A DNA stretch of 64,000 nt, taken from assembly GCF_964355755.1 (NCBI RefSeq), contig NC_092673.1:26471648-26535647 (forward strand), in the 5' to 3' direction. Source of the DNA: Antedon mediterranea (lineage: Eukaryota; Animalia; Echinodermata). Below are positions 52,601 through 64,000 of this stretch, piece by piece. Numbering within the stretch: the stretch's first letter is position 1; every line of letters starts with the position of its first letter. The notes below the pieces were generated by a model. The model made no database searches, was not told where the DNA came from, and was given only the letters and a program-made list of their open reading frames with translations. The translations under genes and the position numbers were made by a program.

Positions 52601-52863
52601 TGGTAAGATCATTGCAAATGTTTTACTTTCACAGTTTTTTCTGCATTTTCCAAAACATTCTAAACCCATTTTTGTTCTGCTATACTCTAGGAACGATAAG
52701 CATTGACGGCGTTAGTGCAGAGGAACATCAGGGTATATTCCAGATGACCACTCCATTTACAGCTTGGACAATATCGGCACTTTCGCCAAGAAACGCAAAA
52801 TTAAAAATATCGCAAGTTTCTTCCATTACAATCGAGATGACTGGTAGCGCCATTGGTGTTTAA
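46610..52863 (+). CDS. Secreted C-type lectin + SRCR + putative pore-forming toxin-like protein, ~1032 aa. Exons 46610-46658, 46841-47006, 47301-47419, 48161-48307, 48581-48910, 49339-49387, 49992-52057, 52691-52863
   Basis: All eight exons have ag/gt boundaries with compatible phases (1,2,1,1,1,2,1). Summed CDS is 3099 nt (1033 codons incl. TAA) with no internal stop. Signal peptide MALFVVLLCVTFQVISG. Confidence 0.85.
46841..48307 (+). CDS. C-type lectin-like domain exons (46841-47006, 47301-47419, 48161-48307) of the secreted protein
   Basis: ACPSSWEQQQDSCYHF...TWKEARKYCRELGADIPIINSIIEN...AWLGY...WGW...CAVM...GAWASFSC...YTVCE: long-form CTLD Cys/Trp pattern. Confidence 0.88.
47594..47892 (-). 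mobile_element. tRNA-derived DeuSINE, copy 2 (intronic, antisense)
   Basis: Near-identical to 3425-3723. Confidence 0.85.
48581..48910 (+). CDS. Group-A SRCR domain exon (phase 1-1)
   Basis: IRL...QGRLEI...WGTVCDDFWD...VACRQLGF...GSGRIILDDVRCDGNEKYLTSC...CEHSEDVTLVCS; 6 Cys. Confidence 0.93.
49992..52863 (+). CDS. Toxin-like effector region (exons 49992-52057 and 52691-52863): Cys-rich linker, long coiled coil, hydrophobic hairpin, helical region, beta-rich C-terminus
   Basis: 2066-bp open exon. Motifs YVPSLS..Y, GGFFSSLVTIVVGIVTVNPAIIVGGVASL, GWDRVRVERVRVYL, TSGIFVDR, TPFTAWTIS. No C-terminal membrane anchor. Confidence 0.75.
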
Positions 52864-55800
52864 TAAAATGAAAACTCGATATAATTTCAGTAGCCCTATG
52901 TCGTCAGCGACGTCATGAAGTGACACTAATGTATGGCTAAAGACACTACGCGCGTGAAATGGATTTTGCGTTTGTCTAGCTTTACAGGCGTATAAATACA
53001 TTTTTAATTTTAAAGCTAAAATGATGTATTTTGTGAAGCTCTCTACTAAACCGCGTTTTCCGCGTAACGACTACGCAGTTAGTGTCTCTTCGTGTTGTCG
53101 CTGACGAGGTGTGCTATCATTACTTTTATGTAGTTTGATTATTTAACCTTTTAATGAAACCTTACGGAATTATAAACAGTTACACGATAGGCGTACAGTA
53201 TTAACAAAAAGAATGTTGAATTAATTTGATGGTGACGTCACAAATTAGCCACCACCTGTAAGAAAATCAATTAGAACAATAGGTCACAATCAACGGTCAG
53301 AGTGTATCAGATAGATCTGATTTTTAAATCTACTTCTACTTGTTAAAATGGGTGTAAACAAGTAAGTTTGTTGCTACAATGTATTCATAAAGCTAAACAT
53401 ATATGAAGAAAAGTTGTATGGCATTCCTATTTAAAAGTAGAAACAGTTAAATTAGGATTTAGGAATGTAGGTCTGTCGTCAATATTACCTGCACCGTTGC
53501 GCCGACTATGTCAACAATATAAAAATAAACAACGTAGGCTAGGCTAAGAACATAAACTTAGTTTGGAAAATGAAATACAAATATTTTGTAATACTCTAAT
53601 AAATCGACTTGACTTTAATCAATTAGTCATATCGGAAAATTTGAGAAAACCATCTTTGTTTAAGCTTTATTATGCTGTTATGTTTACTAAATTTTAAATC
53701 TATTTCTTTGTTTATACAATCGTCAGCTTAGAAAATTTAAGTAGTGCACCCTCATTGTCGAGATGAGAATAGAGCAGTAGGCTACTGTAGTAGTTTGCAG
53801 TTACCATGATTGTATCTTATTGTGTACAAAAGTGTTTGTATCCTATTGTTACAAAATACACTACAAAATCCATTATCATAAATTAAATATTCATGATTAC
53901 ATGATATATGTCCTAATTAAACACGAGGAGTCACGTGGCGTAGCTGTTGGTGTTTCTAGGCCTACATAAGCTGGATGTTTTACTACATAAGCGGTGGATT
54001 GTTCTACATTAACGGTTGTTTCGACATTTTCTACATTAACGGTTGTAACACGCCCTCTTGGTTTAAAATCTTTAAATGAATTGGCTTCTTTTTACCAGAG
54101 TAATTTTGGTAATTTTACTCTTCTCTGCTTGTTTTAATGATTTATTAAATCAATTGTGTAATTCTGGATTCCCTGTGCCCTTTCTATTCTCTGGCAAATA
54201 TAGGCAGACATTCTGATGCTGACCATGTATGTTCCCCCTCACTTTATTGCGCTGACAGTGTTCGGTCAATTGTTATTTTATTTTGCTTCTCGCGAATGCT
54301 CGGTACTTCCTTGCCTTTTAAACATAACAATACATGATTTTCCACGATTTTTAGTTGCAGACGATCCACTATAGATAGTTATAACTCGGTCTTTGTCAAT
54401 ATAAAGTAGGTGAGCTACGTTTACATCTATAAAACATTAGAATGTTGACATTGACATACGGTGATGGCGCGGTGTCCACCTACTTGCTAGAAATGATTGA
54501 TGTATTTCTGTCGGCTGCCTTTTAACTAACTGAGCTGGTTTTTATTGCTAAGTATAATGTTATCCTATTAACAATTTCATTGCATGTTAAACTGGTCTCA
54601 TAGGATATAACATTTATGATAAACTATTATGTTAATTATATTCTATAATATTGATTTTATGTATCTTAGGCCTACTAAATGCAGCTTAATTTTTTTAAAC
54701 AATGATGCCAATCAATAGAGGGCGCTATATGATTATCGGATGTGTTAAATTTATCCTAAAATTACGTTATTTATTGGTTATTGATGTCTAAACTGTGCTT
54801 GAATTAACATTAAACCACAAACAATTCACAGAAACAATCTACAGAAACTTCGAATACCGAAAGCACAGCCGCTAATAACAACTAGAAGAAGTAGGCCTAT
54901 CAATGTATACAGATTGGTCTGAGTGTGCGCAGTCGGTTGGCTAGTTACTAGGTCTTGTTAATATTGCGTTAACTTCCTTCGTTGCCGGTAGTGCAATCGT
55001 TCTGCTGTATTTAGTACTAACAAAATATATTTACTATAGTCTTCTCTTTGAAATGACGGTTCCAAATATTTCTGTTGAAAGAAATTATGAATAGTTAAAA
55101 CAAAGTCACCAAAGCGTAACCTAATACAAATGGCCTTTAGCGAACACTCATAGATAATATATTAGATAATGTTTAACGGTAATATAACTCTCAAATATGT
55201 CTTTTTCTAATCTAATAATGACGATAGCTGGAAGTAAATTCTATAACATGTTCTGTCTATACAGTACAGTAATGCTTCCAGTATTATAGTTATTCATTCG
55301 TTTGTCTGCTAATTTTAAATGTAGGCCTATGTCTAACTTCTTATTTTCGAAGTATTTCCTTCAAGAGCGCCTATCCTCCGCTCGAAATCTGTGTTCATTT
55401 GTTACTCTGCAGTGGTTCGCCAAACACTGGTTCTTCAAGGCCTTGAATAATTTTATACAAAATGGCACAATCACTGGGCCTCTGGTTTTACTGAGAGTAT
55501 TGGTTACAACACCCCTTTCTGCAAGATCATGACATTTCCTTTTAGCTGAAACTATATTTAATTTGAGGGCTAGGATATTAAATTGAAAACGAACGACGTA
55601 AGATTGAGAATGATATGCTTAATTATCTGCTATAGGAAATTGTGTTTTGTTGTTTTCCCTCAATGAATTTTAAAAATAAAGTTTGGAATTAAGTAGAAAC
55701 AATATTGCATAAACTAAGTGGTTGAAATTAACATTTGGGATTATTGAAAATGACAATGTTTGTTGATGTTCAGATAAACCTTGGTTTCCACTTTAACGCA

Positions 55801-56021
55801 AGGACAACCTCACCGCACAAATAATTTGACCAATCATCACGACGCGATGGACCATCCAAACTGATGATGATTGGTCAACTCAACTGCGTTGCACCAACGT
55901 CTTTTCGTTTTGGCAACATTGTTGCGTTGCGCAATCGTTGTTGCGCCACGTACAAACTATTTTCCCAGCTGCTCTGGCATGGTATGAGTTCGTATCACTC
56001 GGGTTTTTAATTTAGGGTTTA

Positions 56022-56094
56022 AAGCCCTGTCTACACTATACAACTTTAGGTGACAACATCTTTGTCAAACTAGGTTGACAGTGTAGACTGAGCT
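56022..56094. mobile_element. Internally deleted MITE family A copy
   Basis: taa-agccctgtctacactat...gacagtgtagactgagct-taa. Confidence 0.6.
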
Positions 56095-57394
56095 TAAAAG
56101 TGAGAATGTTCATTAAAATGATCACATTTTGATTATGAACTCTCACTGAAATATGGCCTCGTATACAACTAATCAATAGAGGAAGAGTTATATTATATTA
56201 GCTTAATGTGGTATTGGGGTTGATAGACAGCAGACGTTCATCCATTAATTATAAATCTACCTTTTACCTAAAGCAACATCTTGAAAACTAATGAAATAAA
56301 TGTGTAATGATCATGTCGCGGTGACGTAGTAGAGATTTTTTCATCAACTTCTCTACCAAGGCAGATTTTGTTTTAGTTGATCGTTCGAGCAGTGTCGGTA
56401 AATCGGTAAATTCAATGGAATAAGTTGAGATATCTTCGTTTATATTATTTATATTAAAAACTCGTCCTTTAAACTCCAGCTGGCAATGGTTCAATATGAA
56501 CATAGTTGAATTGTAAACGTGTTATTGTAAAATATTTATACGTAGTGGTATGTTGACGCGTTAGCGCGTGTACAAGGCTCCATAGAGGAGTGTGTAAGGA
56601 CGCTTAATCCAATATAACGTGTCTATTTGCCAGTATTAGTGGATCATTTACTGTAACGCTTTCACGCTATTTGACTTGTATACTTGACACTTGGAGTTTT
56701 GCTTTGCCAATTACAGCTCGAAGCATTCACTATATAAACGAATTGAGTGTTAATTTGGTGAATTCAACGCAATTGATTCAACAGCGAGCGTACTTAACAG
56801 TTTTAATGGAATATTTCATTGAGCATAATATAAGTTAAATTTACATAACGGAAACTTGTTTTATCAACTGATTGATGGTATTCTAGTTGGTTGTTCTTTT
56901 CTTTTGCCTCTGGGCATATTTTGATACGATGTCATTTTGTGTATTTTTATAATTGAAAGCAGCTTCTAACATTAATTCTTCTGTATAATATATCACAAGA
57001 GAGAAAAAGAGACGTCATTTCACAATTCAATTTTACACGTAAGTATTTTTTATTATATTCCTCCAGTGCACCATTTTTCTCTCGTTTTGAGTAAACTCAT
57101 TTTTGATGATTTAAGCTATACATATAAGAATAGCGATTTATTGTAGTACTTACTGATGTTTATTACTTTATCATCATTGTGAGAAATGATTTAACTGTCA
57201 AAATTTCGTAACAAAAAAATTACCGACTATCACTCATTATTAAACTATACTTTAGCTCTTTTTTATGTAATCTCATATTTAAAAACCATTAGTAATTCGA
57301 ATACAGTAATTTAATATGTATACACTTTGTACAATAATTTGCCTGTTATCCGATCAGTATCACATTCATTGTATCAGTGACACACACAAAATGA

Positions 57395-57530
57395 AGGCGC
57401 GCGTACAATTTTTCAACATTGATTGAACGCGTGCGTACCATTTTGACATCGATTGAACGCGCGCGTACCATTTATTAACATCGATTGAACGCGCGCGTAC
57501 CATTTATTATCAAATGAACGCGCGTGTAAA
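57395..57530. repeat. ~30-bp tandem repeat (acatcgattgaacgcgcgcgtaccattt x ~4)
   Basis: Directly visible; related to the 10728-10860 repeat type. Confidence 0.7.
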
Positions 57531-58270
57531 AGTTTGTTGGGACGCGCTACAAATTTCTCACTTCCTACATTCCACACATTATATAAATAATTTAATGAAT
57601 TATTTATTTGGTTGCACTTATCAATATTAATGTGATGACATTTTGTATGCTGCTTTAAATGGTTTTCGTTTGTTGATAACCAATTCAAAACTTTCCCCAG
57701 CGAATATGTAGTGTATTTGTATATTAGTTTAATTAATTTTCTATTTTGCTGATACTACTACTAGTTCTATGTGTTGTTAATATTATTATTTATTATATAG
57801 AATTTGAATTTTATCATTTAATATACAATGTAAATGTAAAGTATTTTAGCAATAACTGTGATGCACCCAACAATGTTGTAGAAATCATGGAAAAATGCTA
57901 ATGATGCTAAAGTCGCCCACCTCGTCAATTAAAACTGGAAGGATATCAATCTGTAATGCAATTATAAACTTTGAACATTTCAGACATCTAACATATCTTT
58001 AAAGGGTAGCTCCATAATGTGTATTGTTTAATACAACATGTTAAACCTTTGCAACAACATTGATGATATTAATACCCCACTTATATTTTCCGTGGCAAAA
58101 CGAACGTCGTAAAAAAGTGATACAGATAAGGTGCTAAGGAATATTTTGTTAATGTTTAATATTAAGATAAAAGTTGAGTTGTGGCATGGTGATGATGTAT
58201 ATTATGTATATTATTGTTAGTTTGCCATTATTGAAACTAATAAATGTTCTTTAAATGAAAGAAAATGAAA

Positions 58271-58520
58271 TGCTTGACTACCAATCCAAGGGTCCTGGGT
58301 TCAAGTCCTATCATGTCAGGATTTTTTCTAATGACAAAAACTCCACTCCCAAAGACTTGTAATAAGTTTATGTAGAGCATCTTGTGTGTTTGTCTTGTGA
58401 ACAGGATTGTCTTGTGAATAGTGATTGGATTTGCTTAAAACATACGAACACGAACTGTAGAACCACTTCTTAGGGACTCACTCCACGGTGCTCGTTCTGT
58501 TTTACCATGACGAAAAATAA
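58271..58520 (+). mobile_element. Partial tRNA-derived SINE (second family)
   Basis: tgcttgactaccaatccaagggtcctgggttcaagtcc: anticodon-arm-like stem plus B box GGTTCAAGTCC. A possible A box near 58180 is separated by an AT-rich insert. The 3' extent is uncertain. Confidence 0.45.
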
Positions 58521-61500
58521 CTGAGGTTATTGTCAATATTGTTATAATTGTAAAAGCTCATTATTCTTTATACATAGAAACTATGTATCCGGATCTAACC
58601 TTTAAAAGTATATTTCAATGTTTAGTAAATTTTACAACATTTCAAGTTTTATTTTAATTACAATTCTTCAGAAAATTATTTTATGCTTATTTGGTAACAT
58701 TAATATTTTATGTGTTAGTATAAATACAAAATTCGTCATCTCAAGTATCCAATGAAGATCTGAGTAGCTCTAATTATAACTGAATACACAATATACCTTT
58801 TTCACATAATGTTTATACAATCATTTGACGTATTATTTGTAAGAACGAGCTATGTACTATAACGAGATAATAGCACATCTTGTAATTAGAGATTTAACAA
58901 AGAACATGTAAATGTAGGCTAATGTTCCGTATACTGAATTACGTTCTGTCGCCTGGGCTGAATTTATTCCTTCTGGGTCACTATTTAATCTGTTTACTAG
59001 TAAATCAATATAGGACGAGTACTTTCCTCTTAAACGCAATGTCTCCCGTAGTAATTAATTATCATTATCCTACTCGTAAATCTTGCTTGATGTCAAATAT
59101 TAATTAATAATGTGCAATATGTAAATCCTATCCAATAATATCGGAATTATTTCAGTTTCAGATTTGGTATTTGAAACTTCATTTCAGCAATATAAAAGCT
59201 AAAAAGAAAATGCAATAATTACGTAAATTACAGCGCAAATCAGGGCATCATTTGTACAGAAAGCAAATTTACAACCATGTATAGCTTCGCAGTTTAGTAT
59301 AGTCTTGAATCTTTTAACCTTATATTAAAAAAACACTCAATTAAGAGGGAATTATGTTTTGTCTAAATTTGTCCCCTCAATAGTATCTGTTGTATTCATA
59401 GAGAGGCAAAATTGTTCAAGACAAAGTTATTATATTCTGACTGGCACTATAATGCCTGTAATTCTACAATTATGACTAATTGTTCCGTTTTTAATATATA
59501 CAGAAACAATTAAATAAAAGTGTATTATACTTTTTACACATTTAGGCACCTAACTATAAATTAATATTTAATAAACTGTTATTATTCTATAAAGTAATTT
59601 GTTAACCCTCGATTGCAATGCACTAGTTCATAATCAATTTGACATTACACATCGATTCACAACTGCACGTGTAACATCCAATAATGATGACATGTTTTAC
59701 TATAAGTCTCGCATTCAAAAGTTGCTAGTGTTACAAGTATATCTGCCACCATTAGTAACAAAGACAAAAGAAATTGATTATTATTAAGACGCAGCGGACC
59801 AATCCCCTTTTTAATTATTATATTTAATTCGCACACGCTGTACTGTTCGTTCGCCGACTTCACAAGTCAACCGCCGTAGGTGTTGGAATCAAGGACTTCT
59901 GTGGTACAGGTAGGGACTTTTGATTAGTATAACGTGTTTGTGTCATCAGCAAAAAAATCGCGGTGCGCAAAAGAATTCATCATTCATTCAAACAAATTTG
60001 TAAGCAAAATAATGGTATTCATCGAGATTTGTTTATAAAATGATAATGTATAGCACACTAGGACGCACTCTTTTCTTTTGCTATTATTAGTATGTCTGTT
60101 CAGTCCGCGTCTAGGCCTATACGTACTATCACTACTACACAAATTCAATGAAGAAAAAAAATGGAATTTGCTCAAACAAAAGTTAAACGCGTTACGGTGT
60201 CGCTACTTGAACACTACACTAGGTTGGTTCTAGACTGAAATTAGTAAAAAGATAAATATGTTGGCACATATGGCGTTTTATACTTGAGCAAAAAAATCGA
60301 AACACCGACTGTCTGGTGGACTAACATAAAAAAGATAATAAATACAGACTTGGGGCAAGTGTCTACCCCACAAGAGAAATTATTTGAACATCTCGCTATT
60401 ACCCTGACACTACCGCTATATCTACCACCTACATGCATTGAAATATTACGCGCGTGTACAAAAGTCATCTCAATACACGAGTAATGAATCGAAGGTAAAA
60501 TGTACGGTATTTTCGTGGTTAATTTTACGCCCATGAGTTAAATAAGCTTGCCTAATTACAACATCTTTTCAGTATCAATAATTTATTCAAATTGCTATTT
60601 TATGCATTTTTTGTCCTAAATTAATAGTGGTAATAATGGTTATGAATTTCATTAAATTGCAGTATAATTGGACTACAAACATTTCATGTAACCGATTATA
60701 ATAAAATAGTTAATTTACATAAATATACAAATTTTCATTTTCCAAGACTGAATAAATCAAAAAATTGGATCAAGTGTACGATAACGTACTTTCTTAAATT
60801 GCTCTATAATGGCTTACACCAATTTAGTGTACGGTGACGTTGCTCTATAATTATTATGGCTTACACCAATTTTCATTTTCTAAGACAGAATTATTTGTAA
60901 ACGTTTACTTCGGGTAACTTATGGCTTACAGTAGGCCTACGTCATTTCCTGTGTATACGCCGTGTTATACGTTAACTAGATCACATTCAAGAAAATTCAA
61001 TAAATAAATAATTCTTCCAAAACATGTACGTACGCCTCAATAGCTAAATTTATAATTAACACATTTGTCTACGGGTGGTTGTGAAAATACTCTTGTAATA
61101 TGTATTGTTTAGTCTATGGATTCAATCAATTAAGCTTAGTATCATCACGACATCACTTTGCTACTGGGTGACTTAACGGACCAATAGACCAACCATGGAG
61201 CTATAAAATGCGATAGTTCCATGGAGCAACTGACAAATTGCCTAAACTTACTATAAAACATAATTAACCACTTTATTCAGTGGTGTTATAATGAACAATT
61301 CAACGTCAATTAGCAATTTAATATCGTTTTTATAAAAATAATAAACTTTATATAATTATATTATTTTGACCTTTAATATTTATTCCGTTTTTTGCCAGTA
61401 AAAGTGTGAATTAATTAAAATGTTTTACTATTAGTACCACACGTGTTAATCTCACAGTTAAATGTAACCTTCTTCGCTACACACCGGTAACTTTGAAACT

Positions 61501-61940
61501 AAGAAAAAAGTTCAGAAGAAATTGCTTGATTACATTGTGTCAGTGGATTCGTCATATTCTTTTTGCGTATAAAATGGAATGGAATTTCCCTAATGATTCC
61601 ACTCCCCACAGTCAGCATTAGACAGCTTATTTCCGGTAAACCCCCGTCCCCTCATAGGCGAATCCAAGCCCTGTTTTTCCTCCTCCACACCCACCCTTAC
61701 ATCCTACTCAAGTTAAAAAAGATACAAGGTTAGACAAAAGAACATTAAGTTAACTGGAACGCCTGTATTTTTAATTCCTGGAGCTCTCGTTTTCTCATTT
61801 CACACAATAATGTGTAAATGTTAGCTACCTGTTTCATCTGGCCAGGTTAAAATGGTTTCTCAAACCATGGATTAATGACTAGCCAAACGTAACATAGAAG
61901 TTACATTCGGCGGTGCGTCGGCAGCTAGCATAATGATCAA

Positions 61941-62044
61941 CACACGGGTAACACTCCCCTACTTCTTACGAATAGTGTAATGAGCTTACTGACAGTCTTA
62001 TGCACGACGGGATCAACGGCTTACCGCCTCATCCGAAGCACGAG
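61941..62044 (-). mobile_element. Diverged Deu/Nin-domain SINE core fragment
   Basis: Minus strand ctcgtgcttcggatgaggcggtaagccgttgatcc...ttcgtaagaagtaggggagtgttacccgtg resembles the Deu-domain core. Confidence 0.5.
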
Positions 62045-62450
62045 TAAATTATCTTGTCCATTCTAATATACAAGTTCAATTATATCATCTCAAATTATTC
62101 TCTTAATTGAATTATATATAACACCTGAAGTTGATGAGGATTTAAATGCAATAGTTGCGGTACAATTTACGGTAAACGATTAGTTTTACACGGTTATGAA
62201 TGTTTAACGAGAAAAGCGTTTTCCTTTCATTCTCAAAACAGTCATCGTTTGATAACGTTTACACAAAGTAAATTATTCTAATACCCATTAGTTCGTAATT
62301 GTGCGTTTCCTAATTAATTGAAATAGCTACAACGTGACAAATGAAGCAATTTACAATGCCAATTGAAATGTAATGGTAACACTTAGTTAACTTCTTTTAA
62401 TCAACTTTAGGGTTTACATATCAATTAATCCAATTGTAGGAAGTCTGTCT

Positions 62451-62853
62451 ATGCTTCAGGTTTACCAATTTAACCAGGTTATACGTCAGCTTTACCAATT
62501 TAACCAGGTCATGCTTCAGGTTTACCAACTTTAACCATGTTTACCCAATTTAACCAGTTCATTCATTCTTCAGCTTTACCAATTTAGCCAGGTTATACTT
62601 CAAGTTTACCCAAATTTAACCAGGTCATTCATTCTTTAGCTTTACCAATTTTACCAGATTTATTTCAAGTTTACCAATTTTACCAGGTCATACATTCTTC
62701 AGCTTTACCAATTTAGCCAGGTTATACTTCAAGTTTACCAATTTAACCAGGTCATACATTCTTCAGCTTTACCAATTTAGCCAGGTTATACTTCAAGTTT
62801 ACCCAATTTTACTAGGTTTACTTCAGGTTTACCAATATAGCCAGGTTATGCTT
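62451..62853. repeat. Degenerate 30/34-bp minisatellite (core tttaccaatttaaccagg), ~13 units
   Basis: Directly visible; alternating ...ttatacttcaag / ...tcatacattcttcagc spacers. Confidence 0.85.
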
Positions 62854-63549
62854 CATTTGTTTTCAAAATAGTTATATTGCATTTCTTAATAACAGGAATG
62901 CTTAAATGTCCAAAAGGAAGGGCTAGTAACTGTATTTTAAATATATAAAACGAATGACCAAAGGCTTTATTATTCATAGAAATAATACTTGTTTAAAATA
63001 ATGCAAATAATAGTACCTGTGGTATAAATTAATTAGAAATAAACAAGCAAAATATACGATAGAAATATGAAAACCCGTTAATGGGGTCAAATCGTTGCTA
63101 TTTATAGAGATAGATATCGATGGAAAATAGCCAACCAGTGCATTTAAGCGAACATATATCATATATATACTTATCATTGGTAGTTAAAATTCATACATTA
63201 CTATTCATAAAGTAGTCAGTGTTGGTAGTCCATAACTATAGGAATTATAATTTCTCTCTGCAACAAGGTTGGTGTTATTTTATATACTGGTAAATTGTAA
63301 TTACGTACACGGGCCATTAATAGTTCCATCGTAATCTCATTTTAAAATAGGCAGTTTAATCTTTTTGGTTTTATTTTATAATCTTAATAATTGTTAATCT
63401 TATTTGATAGAATTTAATATGCTCATATTGCTGTTCTAACCACTCGTGTCTCTGTGCCATGTTTGTCGATGTATGTATCTGTCGGTCATTCGTGTACACA
63501 TAACATGTTCATTTTCTCTCGATGCACTATTGTTAGTTTCCGTGTGTAG

Positions 63550-63690
63550 TTCCTTTTTGCCACGTGTATGCCTCTTTTTGCCGTGCTTATGCCCTTTTTT
63601 GGCGTGTTTATGCTCTTTTTGTCGGGTTATAGGTCCCTTTTTGCCATGTGTAGGCCCCTTTCTGCCATGTGCAGTCTCCTTTTTGCCGTT
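63550..63690. repeat. Degenerate ~21-bp tandem repeat (cctttttgccgtgtgtatg-like x ~7)
   Basis: Directly visible; produces the periodic 63436/63446 ORFs. Confidence 0.7.
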
Positions 63691-64000
63691 ACCGGACCAC
63701 ATCTTAGATGTTGAGAACTCTGTGTATTTGGCGTAATGTGTGTGTTGATATGCTATAGTATATTGAATATACAGCCTTGAACCACATTATTAAAGAAATT
63801 AATTTCTTTAGAAAAAACATTATCTTTAATCAAAATAGGCATTACGGAGGTAATATTAATTTCAATCATGCTAAAATTTCATATTAACTTTATGATTTTA
63901 AATTATCAAATGTCATGTCATGAGTCACATGAGTCACTAGATACTGTTTCAAGTATCATGGGCACATTCTGTAATACAGTGTTACATTGTATCACACATG

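Noticed and set aside
60284-60484. ORF with WWTNIKKI resembling the LINE ORF2 pre-RT region
   Set aside because: Similarity limited to a few residues; no RT motifs nearby.
63436-63736. Lys/His/Gly-rich and Cys-rich ORFs (antimicrobial-peptide-like)
   Set aside because: Both are translations of a degenerate 21-bp tandem repeat; no signal peptide or splice support.

Overview
AT-rich animal (eukaryotic) genomic DNA with GT-AG introns. The gene and repeat content (DeuSINEs, SRCR and C-type lectin genes, intron-poor class C GPCR) suggests an invertebrate deuterostome, probably an echinoderm; this is inference. Four + strand genes: (1) the last six exons of FANK1; (2) a two-coding-exon mGluR-like class C GPCR; (3) an intronless D1-like dopamine-type aminergic GPCR; (4) an 8-exon, ~1032-aa secreted protein not visible as one ORF. 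Gene 4 has a signal peptide, a C-type lectin domain, a group-A SRCR domain, and a ~740-aa coiled-coil / hydrophobic-hairpin / beta-rich region resembling fern IPD083/PtIP-50-type insecticidal proteins, making it a candidate self-targeting pore-forming immune effector or toxin. Non-coding DNA holds a young 5'-truncated Penelope element (GIY-YIG ORF, hammerhead ribozyme, 15-bp TSD), tRNA-derived DeuSINEs, a 2.6-kb non-autonomous PIF/Harbinger-like element, several MITE families (two seeding tandem arrays), a 2-kb 29-bp satellite and other minisatellites. All homology calls are by eye or recall and need database confirmation.
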